Positions 1 through 6,904 of a stretch of DNA of 64,000 bases are shown piece by piece (the first letter of the stretch is position 1; each line of letters begins with the position of its first letter). The notes under the pieces were generated by a model. It was not told the origin of the DNA, made no database searches, and was given only the letters and a program-made list of their open reading frames with translations. Position numbers and translations under genes: made by a program. This stretch comes from Dehalococcoidia bacterium (GTDB taxonomy: Bacteria > Chloroflexota > Dehalococcoidia > UBA6926). Location of the stretch: positions 1,678,485 to 1,742,484 of the forward strand of contig OZ242203.1 of assembly GCA_965206275.1 (NCBI GenBank), given 5' to 3'.

Positions 1-183
1 AAGCGCTCCGTCAGCGCCGTCTACAACGCCCAGGGCTTTGAGAGGAGTCAGCGAGACCACCTGATGATCCGCATGATTGAGGGCCTTGTGCCGGATGTGC
101 CGGAGCGGGAGTACCTCGGCAAAGTGCGCATGGAGCAGGGTATGAGGGCGTTCCTTGAGGCGCGCGACGGCCCGTTCCGCTAG
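1..183 (+). CDS. 3' end of a crotonase/enoyl-CoA hydratase-family gene (partial, starts outside window)
   Basis: Frame 1 is open from the window edge to TAG 181-183. The tail ...GMRAFLEARDGPFR resembles the usual crotonase C-terminal AF-x-E-(K/R)-R-x-P-x-F. Confidence 0.45.
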   Translation, partial: KRSVSAVYNAQGFERSQRDHLMIRMIEGLVPDVPEREYLGKVRMEQGMRAFLEARDGPFR

Positions 184-229
184 GCCGAGCCAGGGTCGAG
201 GCGTAAGCACTCAGTAGTGAGGCCGATGG

Positions 230-784
230 ATGGCCGATAACCACGAAGGCGGTCACCCGCCCATCATGCACGGGCACGGTAAGGCAAAGTTCTGCCTGAA
301 CTGCGGCAAAGAACTTGTCGAGCGTGAGATTGACGGCTCAATGCGCCCTGCCTGTGATGAATGTGGCTATGTCCACTACACGGATCCCAAGGTGGCGGTC
401 GGCGTCCTGATCGGCGACGAACAGGGACGTGTGCTCCTCATGCAGCGCGCCCACCACCCACGCAAAGATTTGTGGTCATACCCAGCCGGGTTCGTTGACG
501 CGGGTGAAAAGGTGGAGGATGCTGCGATTCGTGAAACACAGGAAGAGGTCGGCGTCACTGTCGAGCTTGACGGCCTGCTGGGTCTCCATTCAGAGACCGG
601 CAACCGTGTCATCCTAGTCGTGTATCGCGGTCACATCGTTGAGGGAGAGCCGCGGCCTGGCGACGAAAGCCTGGCGGTTGAGTATTTCCCGGCTGATGCT
701 CTGCCTGATCTCGCCTTTGACCGGGACCGCGGCATTATCCACGATTGGCACCGGAGATTTATTGCGCATCCCGCGCCGCGCTGA
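230..784 (+). CDS. NUDIX hydrolase with N-terminal zinc ribbon
   Basis: Nudix box GFVDAGEKVEDAAIRETQEEVGV. N-terminal CLNCG...CDECG. Confidence 0.85.
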   Translation: MADNHEGGHPPIMHGHGKAKFCLNCGKELVEREIDGSMRPACDECGYVHYTDPKVAVGVLIGDEQGRVLLMQRAHHPRKDLWSYPAGFVDAGEKVEDAAIRETQEEVGVTVELDGLLGLHSETGNRVILVVYRGHIVEGEPRPGDESLAVEYFPADALPDLAFDRDRGIIHDWHRRFIAHPAPR

Positions 785-840
785 CAGACGATGACTGAAC
801 GTGAGAGTATTGGAAAAGACTGAGGGATAGGAGGGTAGAG

Positions 841-1731
841 ATGGCGGACTACGAGAACATTATCTATGAACTGCGTGAGGCAGCTGGCGGCAACGTCGCC
901 TACATCATGCTGAACCGCCCCGAGAGACTGAACGCGCTGAGTCGCGCGCTGCTGGCAGACCTCGGCAGCGCTCTCGAAGAGGCGGACAAGGACGAGACCG
1001 TCCGCTGCATCGTCATCAAGGGCGCAGGGCGCGCATTCTCCGCGGGCTACGACATGAACGTGCAGTCCGAGGGCAACCTGCCGCGCGACGCCCTGGCCAT
1101 GATTACCAGCGACCACCCCACGACCATGTATCGCCGCTGGATTTGGGGCAACCGCAAGCCGGTCATCGCTCAGTGCCATTCATTCAGCCTCGCGGGGGGC
1201 GGCCAGTTGGCCTGCCACTGTGACATCACCATTGCTTCGGATGACGCGCTCTTCGGCTATCCGCCAGCGCGCTATGCCAGCGTCGCGACGTACATGATTT
1301 GGCCGGAACTGGTCGGCATGAAGAAGATGAAGCAGCTTGCATTCACCGGCAACATGATGGACGCCCAGGAGGCGTTGCGTGTCGGCCTCGTGAGTGAGGT
1401 TGTTGGGCGTGACGAACTCGACGATCACGTCTGGACGCTCGCCAACACCATCTCCAAGCTGCCGCCTGCCTCCACGGAGCTCAATAAGCGTGCCATCAAC
1501 TACTACTATGAGTCGCAGGGCATGTTCCAGGCGTACGAGTACGCCGAGAACTTGATGTACGTGTCCTACGCGGCCTCCCCGGAGGATCTCCCGAAGGGCC
1601 TGCAGGACGTGGATCGCGTGACGGCAGAGCAGGGGATGCGCGCCGGCTTCCAGTACATGAACGATGCGTTCACCGAAGAGGATCAGGCCATCGCCGCTGA
1701 GCAGATGGCCCGCCCCAGCCGCGCCCCCTAG
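841..1731 (+). CDS. enoyl-CoA hydratase/isomerase (crotonase) family protein
   Basis: LNRPERLNAL and IKGAGRAFSAGYDM motifs. Length is typical for the family. Confidence 0.85.
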   Translation: MADYENIIYELREAAGGNVAYIMLNRPERLNALSRALLADLGSALEEADKDETVRCIVIKGAGRAFSAGYDMNVQSEGNLPRDALAMITSDHPTTMYRRWIWGNRKPVIAQCHSFSLAGGGQLACHCDITIASDDALFGYPPARYASVATYMIWPELVGMKKMKQLAFTGNMMDAQEALRVGLVSEVVGRDELDDHVWTLANTISKLPPASTELNKRAINYYYESQGMFQAYEYAENLMYVSYAASPEDLPKGLQDVDRVTAEQGMRAGFQYMNDAFTEEDQAIAAEQMARPSRAP

Positions 1732-1826
1732 CGCTACCCTGTGCTAGAGTGAGCCATCGGGCAGCGCGTCGCACGACGTCCGCCGCCCAACCACGACGAT
1801 AAGGGGATAGAGGAAGGGAGATTGGT

Positions 1827-2840
1827 ATGAAGGCACTTGTCTTCGACGAGTATGGGGGTCCGGAAGTCCTGCAATGGAAGGACATTGATGACCCCAAGGC
1901 TGGGCCGAATGACGTCGTCATTGAAGTTAAGGCAACGGCTATCAATTACAACGATGTTTGGGGACGCCGCGGTGCCCCTATGGAAGTGGAATTGCCCCAT
2001 ATCTCTGGCAGCGACGCATCCGGTGTTGTCGTGGATAAGGGCAGTGAAGTCACAACTCATTCCATCGGAGACGAAGTTGTCGTGCACTGTGGGCGCCCGG
2101 CTTTCAACAACCGCACGGGACAGGAATGCAACATCTGGGGTTATGACTGGCCCGCGCTTGACGGCGCGCATGGTCAGTATGTGAGAGTGCCGGCGGAGAA
2201 CGCCGTTCCCAAGCCCACCAATCTCACTCATGAAGAGGCGGCCTCATTCCCGCTTGTCCTCGTCACCACGTGGCGCAAGCTGGTTGAAAAGGCTCCGATT
2301 AAGCCCGGCGACCATGTCCTGATCTGGGGCGCGGCGGGCGGTCTTGGTGTCATGGCCATCCAGATTGCCAGGCTGTTCCAGGCGCACCCGATTGCCGTTG
2401 CTTCTAGCGACGAGAAGCTGGAGTTGTGCAAGGAGCTCGGCGCGGAGTACCTGATTAATCGCAAGACACAGGATGTCCGGCAAGAGATGCGCAATATCGT
2501 GGGGCGGCGCGGCGCACAGGTTGTATTCGAACACCCCGGCCAAGCAACCATGGGACTCAGTATCCAGCTTGCCAGTTGGGGCGGCACCGTCGTTACAAGC
2601 GGCGCAACCAGCGGCTACGACGCCAACATTGACCTCCGCCATATCTTCTTCCGACAGGTCAAGCTGGTTGGTTCCACCCTGGGAACCGTCCACCAGTTGC
2701 AGGATGCGCTGGACCAGGTGCAGGCGGGTCACATCAAGCCGGTCATCGACCGTGTCCTGCCGATGAAGGATGCCGGACAGGGACAAACATTGCTTGAGAC
2801 TGAAGAGGTCGCCGGCAAGGTCATCCTGGTACCGGATTAG
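1827..2840 (+). CDS. zinc-type alcohol dehydrogenase / NADPH:quinone oxidoreductase (MDR superfamily)
   Basis: GSDASGVV, the IWGAAGGLGVMAIQIA dinucleotide fold and a GKVILVP tail. RBS GGAAGGGAG lies upstream. Confidence 0.85.
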   Translation: MKALVFDEYGGPEVLQWKDIDDPKAGPNDVVIEVKATAINYNDVWGRRGAPMEVELPHISGSDASGVVVDKGSEVTTHSIGDEVVVHCGRPAFNNRTGQECNIWGYDWPALDGAHGQYVRVPAENAVPKPTNLTHEEAASFPLVLVTTWRKLVEKAPIKPGDHVLIWGAAGGLGVMAIQIARLFQAHPIAVASSDEKLELCKELGAEYLINRKTQDVRQEMRNIVGRRGAQVVFEHPGQATMGLSIQLASWGGTVVTSGATSGYDANIDLRHIFFRQVKLVGSTLGTVHQLQDALDQVQAGHIKPVIDRVLPMKDAGQGQTLLETEEVAGKVILVPD

Positions 2841-2867
2841 ACTTCCGCGAACGAAACGGTACGTAAA

Positions 2868-2899
2868 GGGGGCGTCCCAGGGGACGCCCCCTTTTATTT
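2868..2899. terminator. intrinsic terminator (GC stem + T-tract); the T-tract is the insertion target of the adjacent element
   Basis: GGGGGCGTCCC-AG-GGGACGCCCCC followed by TTTTATTT, 28 nt after the dehydrogenase stop. Confidence 0.8.
2892..2899. repeat. left copy of 8-bp target-site duplication TTTTATTT
   Basis: Identical octamer at 5957-5964. Each copy directly abuts a terminal inverted repeat. Confidence 0.8.
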
Positions 2900-2922
2900 G
2901 GGACTTATATACCTATGCACAC
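2900..2922 (+). repeat. left terminal inverted repeat GGGACTTATATACCTATGCACAC
   Basis: The reverse complement of 5934-5956 is GGGACTTATATACCTATGTACAC, one mismatch. Confidence 0.85.
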
Positions 2923-3086
2923 TACGCGGCGAAGATTGCTGTCCCCACTTCAATGACAATTCCCACGAGAGCCGAAACCAGTTGAACCAAGAACTCCGCT
3001 ACTGCAACAGGGGCGAATATGAGCGCTACGACAATTAGAATCGCCCAACCTGGGTTCTCACGTGCCCATTCCCACACGTAACTCAT
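2922..3086 (-). CDS. 54-aa hydrophobic small membrane protein (element cargo)
   Basis: Hand translation: MSYVWEWARENPGWAILIVVALIFAPVAVAEFLVQLVSALVGIVIEVGTAIFAA. Its ATG overlaps the upstream TGA (ATGA). It is below the track length cut-off. Confidence 0.5.
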   Translation of the reverse strand: MSYVWEWARENPGWAILIVVALIFAPVAVAEFLVQLVSALVGIVIEVGTAIFAA

Positions 3087-3298
3087 GCGCGGCACTCCTT
3101 ACATCGCCCGTCGTCGTAAAGGACTTCGGGATAGCTAACCTCACGCCCACAGTGAGCGCACTCGTAGGTCTTGGGCTTGCCGCTCCCTGGGAAAGTCCCT
3201 GAGAACATAACGCGGGCTATCTCGTCCGGCGTCGCGTCAATGCGCGGCGGGTAACGCCGTTCCATCGGGCGACCGCGTTCTTTCTTATCGCGTGGCAT
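3083..3298 (-). CDS. 71-aa zinc-ribbon protein (element cargo), function unknown
   Basis: CAHCG...CKEC pair, basic N-terminus, and translational coupling to the 54-aa ORF. Confidence 0.55.
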   Translation of the reverse strand: MPRDKKERGRPMERRYPPRIDATPDEIARVMFSGTFPGSGKPKTYECAHCGREVSYPEVLYDDGRCKECRA

Positions 3299-3362
3299 CG
3301 CTATATCTCGCTTTACAACTCGCTATAAATCCGTATCTGGTATACTGGGGACGCGAGAAGGA

Positions 3363-3396
3363 GGCTCTGTTGCGACACATGTGTCGCAACAGAGCC
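3363..3396. promoter_or_regulatory. 34-bp perfect palindrome (17+17, no spacer) upstream of the cargo tRNA
   Basis: GGCTCTGTTGCGACACA|TGTGTCGCAACAGAGCC followed by TTTG. It lies between the divergent small operon and the tRNA. Confidence 0.6.
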
Positions 3397-3407
3397 TTTG
3401 TCGTAAT

Positions 3408-3495
3408 GCCGGGGTGGTGGAACGGTAGACGCGCTGGCCTCTCAAGTCAGTGTCCATCGTTGGACGTGCGGGTTCGAATCCCGCCCCCGGCACCA
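3408..3495 (+). tRNA. class II (long variable arm, Leu-type body, A73, encoded CCA) tRNA; the hand fold gives anticodon CUC
   Basis: Acceptor GCCGGGG/CCCCGGC, D stem GTG/CGC, anticodon stem CTGGC/GTCAG with loop CTCTCAA, variable arm GTCCA-TCGT-TGGAC, T arm GCGGG-TTCGAAT-CCCGC. Confidence 0.85.
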
Positions 3496-3502
3496 TCTCC
3501 GT

Positions 3503-3573
3503 GGCCCGTGCCACCGGACGGCAACTCCCCTTGACGAAGGGAGCCATGATGGGTTCAATCCCCATACGGGCCA
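3503..3573 (+). pseudogene. degenerate tRNA-like gene (perfect acceptor and T arm, truncated D region, enlarged anticodon loop containing GAC)
   Basis: Acceptor GGCCCGT/ACGGGCC, T arm ATGGG-TTCAATC-CCCAT, anticodon stem CTCCC/GGGAG with 9-nt loop CTTGACGAA. Only 15 nt lie between the acceptor and anticodon stems, and there is no CCA. Confidence 0.4.
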
Positions 3574-3841
3574 CTTTCTCGGAGAAGTTAGTCACTCTAC
3601 AATGCATTGACACTGCGTTGTGACCTCCTTCCCGTCAAGACCATTGTACCTCGATTCTCTGGATCAAAAAAGACCTGGATTTGACCGACTTGCTCTCTGC
3701 CCTCTAGTCTGAAAGAGCCTACCAGTCCTAGTTCCCCGCATTGGGTTACTCAGGGATGGACTACACATGTCCCCTGCGGCCCAATGCGTGGTTCGACTGG
3801 TAGGCAAACAGTCCGATCCCAAGACCGCAGGGGGCACACTT

Positions 3842-4393
3842 ATGCGACTCGTCTTTGTTCTTGCCTTGCTATTGATTCTGGCCGCAGGATGCGACGCAGA
3901 AGCCGCTACACCCACTCCACGCGCCACACGGGTTGTCATGCACACGCCGACTCCTACGGCGACATTCATTCCGCGTCCAACAAGCACACCTGCTCCCACA
4001 GCAACGGCCACGGCAATAGCCCCACCAACCGTGAGGCCAACCGCACCCCCGATTGGCGCAGTCACAGTAACGCCGTTCCCGACACAGCCACCACGCAACA
4101 CGGCGCAGACCTCGCGCGTGCCCGTGAGCGTACAGCGCGGGTGTGATGCGGCGTCTGAATTACTTGCTCTCATGGAGAATCTTGACGAGGCAGGGATAGA
4201 GCGTAATCTGACCAGGCTTGCGCGAGCCATCATAAGCACAGGGGAATATGGATTAGACGCGCAGGGTCGGCTTGTGCTCTCGGACATGGCGTCTGCGGAA
4301 CAATACGTCAACGTGTACGACGCCTTCTGGGTGATTGAGTCCGGCCTCGAAACCTATATCCACCTGTGTGAGTTGCAGGGGTACACGCCTTAG
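3842..4393 (+). CDS. lipoprotein with Thr/Pro-rich linker (element cargo)
   Basis: Signal peptide plus lipobox MRLVFVLALLLILAAGC, then a TP-rich linker and a C-terminal domain of unknown function. I chose the internal ATG at 3842 over the track start 3767. Confidence 0.6.
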   Translation: MRLVFVLALLLILAAGCDAEAATPTPRATRVVMHTPTPTATFIPRPTSTPAPTATATAIAPPTVRPTAPPIGAVTVTPFPTQPPRNTAQTSRVPVSVQRGCDAASELLALMENLDEAGIERNLTRLARAIISTGEYGLDAQGRLVLSDMASAEQYVNVYDAFWVIESGLETYIHLCELQGYTP

Positions 4394-5358
4394 CCGTCGA
4401 TTAGATCGGCGTAGGGCAGGCGCTTGCCGTCTATGCCGCGTGCCATCGCTTCCATCTGCTCAAGGGTGTCCAGTGAGCGGTCGTTGTGCCGCCCCGCGAA
4501 CTCCGTGACGTACCTGTTCAGGTGCTTGGGACTCATCTTGTGGTAGATACCGTGATACCCGCGCTTTAGCATCGCCCAGTGGCTCTCAATGCCGTTTGTG
4601 TGGGCCATGCCGTCCACGAATTGACGGACTGAGTGCTTCACGACGCCGTGCCTGCGATTCAGGAACGGCAGGGCGCTATAGGATGCGTGCTCGTCCGTGT
4701 AGACCTGTACGCCCTCTTCCGTGCGCTCGTGGACGAACATCATAAGCGTTGCCGCACTCGTGGAATGCACGACCCGTGCGCTGACCTTGTTGGTCTCGCG
4801 GTCCTTGACACCCGCCACCACAGCCTTGCCGACCGTGCCACGTCCAGCGCGTAGCTTCTTGTTCCCGTGCTTGTTGTCTTCCTTGCCACCGATGTAGGTC
4901 TCATCCACTTCGACGGGGCCTGCGAATCGCTCAGTTGCCGTATCCCACGCTTGGCGGATCCGATGCGCCATGTACCATGCGGACTTCTGCGTGATGCCTA
5001 GATCGCGGTGCAGCTTCATGCTGGACACGCCCTTGAGGTTCGTGGAGAACAGGTAGAAGGCGAGCGCCCACTTGCCAAGCGGCAGGCGGGAATCGTGCAT
5101 GATGGTGCCGGTCTTGACGGTGAAGTCCTTCTTGCAGGCGTTGCAGTGGTACTGTGTGGTCTTGCGATTGGCATAAGGCTTGCGCGTGTGAACGTTGTCA
5201 CTGTCACAGTCCACGCAACGGACGCCGTCAGGCCAGCGCAACGACACGAACCATTCCTCGGCCTGTGTGTCGTCACCGAACCTCTTGACGGCATCCACAA
5301 GGGTTATGCCCTTGCGGTATGACTTGCCTGGTGCCTTCGCCATTCTTTCCGTGTTCAC
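4390..5358 (-). CDS. IS1595-family (ISXO2-like DDE) transposase
   Basis: N-terminal transposase zinc ribbon (CVDC...CNAC), VEVDETYIGG, and the HTNGIESHWAMLKR...Y.H.S.KHL tail typical of this family. Confidence 0.9.
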   Translation of the reverse strand: MNTERMAKAPGKSYRKGITLVDAVKRFGDDTQAEEWFVSLRWPDGVRCVDCDSDNVHTRKPYANRKTTQYHCNACKKDFTVKTGTIMHDSRLPLGKWALAFYLFSTNLKGVSSMKLHRDLGITQKSAWYMAHRIRQAWDTATERFAGPVEVDETYIGGKEDNKHGNKKLRAGRGTVGKAVVAGVKDRETNKVSARVVHSTSAATLMMFVHERTEEGVQVYTDEHASYSALPFLNRRHGVVKHSVRQFVDGMAHTNGIESHWAMLKRGYHGIYHKMSPKHLNRYVTEFAGRHNDRSLDTLEQMEAMARGIDGKRLPYADLIDG

Positions 5359-5444
5359 CGCCTTCCTGATTTATGTACTTAGTGTACACTATGGCGGCGG
5401 ATTTGTCAAGGTGTGATGTACGCTTATCCACAAGGAGGAACAGC

Positions 5445-5609
5445 ATGGCTCAAACCGCACCATGGCATTCAGTGAATTCAACCGTGTATCACGAATGCAC
5501 CAATTGCACCACGGGGAACAACATTGAGCAGGAGAACTGGCGAGCAGGAACTGGCCAAAGGCGACGATGCCTGGAGTGTGTAAGCCTTATTGCTTCCGGT
5601 GGTTGCTGA
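5445..5609 (+). CDS. 54-aa zinc-ribbon protein (element cargo)
   Basis: Strong RBS AAGGAGG 7 nt before ATG 5445. Motifs HECTNC...CLEC. The track start 5373 is rejected. Confidence 0.5.
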   Translation: MAQTAPWHSVNSTVYHECTNCTTGNNIEQENWRAGTGQRRRCLECVSLIASGGC

Positions 5610-5913
5610 GAAGAGGAACCTGTTCCCAGAACACGATTTCGGAGACAGGCCCTTCTGGTTGACCGTGAATAACTGACCACACACGGCGAATCTCTTTGAC
5701 AGGCAACCCGTTATAGATCGCCACCCCAAGCGCCCGCCATTCTTCGCCATGATCGCCCTCGAAACGGACGGCTGGCTCTGGGTAGCTATGGCCTTTACCG
5801 CCCTGACAAGATTCGTATGTGTGGATTCCCTCACGACGCAGGATTAATACTGCTCTCTCAATACCAGAATCGAGCGGTGGGTCAAAGTCCTCTCGTAGGG
5901 CATACTCATTCAT
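5587..5913 (-). CDS. 108-aa hypothetical protein (element cargo)
   Basis: Only long ORF in this stretch. It starts 21 nt inside the right TIR. Third-position GC looks lower by eye than in flanking host genes. Confidence 0.5.
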   Translation of the reverse strand: MNEYALREDFDPPLDSGIERAVLILRREGIHTYESCQGGKGHSYPEPAVRFEGDHGEEWRALGVAIYNGLPVKEIRRVWSVIHGQPEGPVSEIVFWEQVPLLSNHRKQ

Positions 5914-5933
5914 GGTGATCGCCTACGATGTCG

Positions 5934-5956
5934 GTGTACATAGGTATATAAGTCCC
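5934..5956 (-). repeat. right terminal inverted repeat
   Basis: GTGTACATAGGTATATAAGTCCC is the reverse complement of the left TIR with one mismatch. Confidence 0.85.
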
Positions 5957-5964
5957 TTTTATTT
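5957..5964. repeat. right copy of 8-bp target-site duplication TTTTATTT
   Basis: Identical to 2892-2899. Confidence 0.8.
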
Positions 5965-5997
5965 CCCACACGCGGGCGAGAATGAGAAACTGGGCGC

Positions 5998-6738
5998 ATG
6001 ACTCGTCCTGCCAGGCTCACCCGGGCCGTCGTCCTGATTGATGGCCTTGACCCGCGTGCGGTCCTGCCCGCTGCGGGCCCACATCCGGCATTCAGAGAGG
6101 TGGACGGCATGCCCGCCGCCGATGTGCTTCTCCGACATTTGGCAGGGCAAGGAATGACAGAGGTATGGCTTGTTTCGCGCGCCTTACCCGGTATGGTTGT
6201 TCACTATTTCGGCGATGGGAGCAGGTGGGGAGTCAGGGCGACGCACATCCGACAGGACGGCGCGCCGGGCTCAGGCGGCGCGCTTATGGCTGCTCGCCAG
6301 CAAATAACTGAATCAACACTCGTGATTGACGGCGCTCTCGTCACGGATTTCCACCTCACTGCCATGTACGACGCACACTGCACCGTGGACACAGATGTCA
6401 CCATTTGTTTGACCGGCGAAGTAGAGGAGACAGCAGGATTGCCCCGTGCGCGAACGGATTCCTCCTCCCGTCTCGTGCAGGAAATACTGGTTGATCCACC
6501 GTTCCCGACTGACCCGGAGATTCTTGTCGGAGTTGGTATCTACATCATCGAACCCCAGGCAGTGGAGCCCTTACAGAAGGCAGGAGTGAACGCGGATTGG
6601 GTGACAGATGTCCTTCCCACTCTGGCCCGACAGAGCCGTGTTCAGGGATGGCAGGCCAACCCGGCCACCCGATTCAATCTTCCGCGCCGTGTCCGAGTGA
6701 TGCACTCCCAGACCGGACGCGCATTGCCTTCAATCTGA
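5998..6738 (+). CDS. nucleotidyltransferase-fold protein (sugar-phosphate NTP-transferase-like)
   Basis: An N-terminal AVVLIDG... beta-strand, GAPGSGGAL and overall length resemble GlmU/RmlA-type N-terminal domains. The motif match is weak. Confidence 0.5.
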   Translation: MTRPARLTRAVVLIDGLDPRAVLPAAGPHPAFREVDGMPAADVLLRHLAGQGMTEVWLVSRALPGMVVHYFGDGSRWGVRATHIRQDGAPGSGGALMAARQQITESTLVIDGALVTDFHLTAMYDAHCTVDTDVTICLTGEVEETAGLPRARTDSSSRLVQEILVDPPFPTDPEILVGVGIYIIEPQAVEPLQKAGVNADWVTDVLPTLARQSRVQGWQANPATRFNLPRRVRVMHSQTGRALPSI

Positions 6739-6750
6739 ACGTCTGACCGA

Positions 6751-6779
6751 TTGACCAATAGCCTAAACAGGCTTATAAT
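6751..6779 (+). promoter_or_regulatory. sigma70-like promoter TTGACC-17-TATAAT
   Basis: Near-consensus hexamers with 17-nt spacing, in an AT-rich intergenic region about 125 nt upstream of ATG 6905. Confidence 0.5.
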
Positions 6780-6904
6780 CCAAAACTGGTTCAAAACAAA
6801 TTTCTAATTTTGATTTGGACATGGGTGACCCTTCGAGGGTCAAGGCGCGGGATACGGGAGCAGTTGAGATAGTGGGGCTCAGGCCCAAAGAGGAGTAGTG
6901 TGTC

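Larger units (their letters stand above)
2900..5956. mobile_element. IS1595-family element with passenger genes (transporter-IS-like), 3,057 bp
   Basis: 23-bp TIRs (2900-2922 / 5934-5956, 22/23), flanking 8-bp direct repeats, and a single ISXO2/IS1595-type transposase gene inside. Confidence 0.8.

Noticed and set aside
3408-3495. The class II tRNA considered as a possible tRNA-Sec serving the two TGA-containing genes
   Set aside because: The acceptor/T arrangement is 7/5 with a Leu-type D arm and A73. UCA can be placed in the anticodon position only by breaking the anticodon stem and losing U33.
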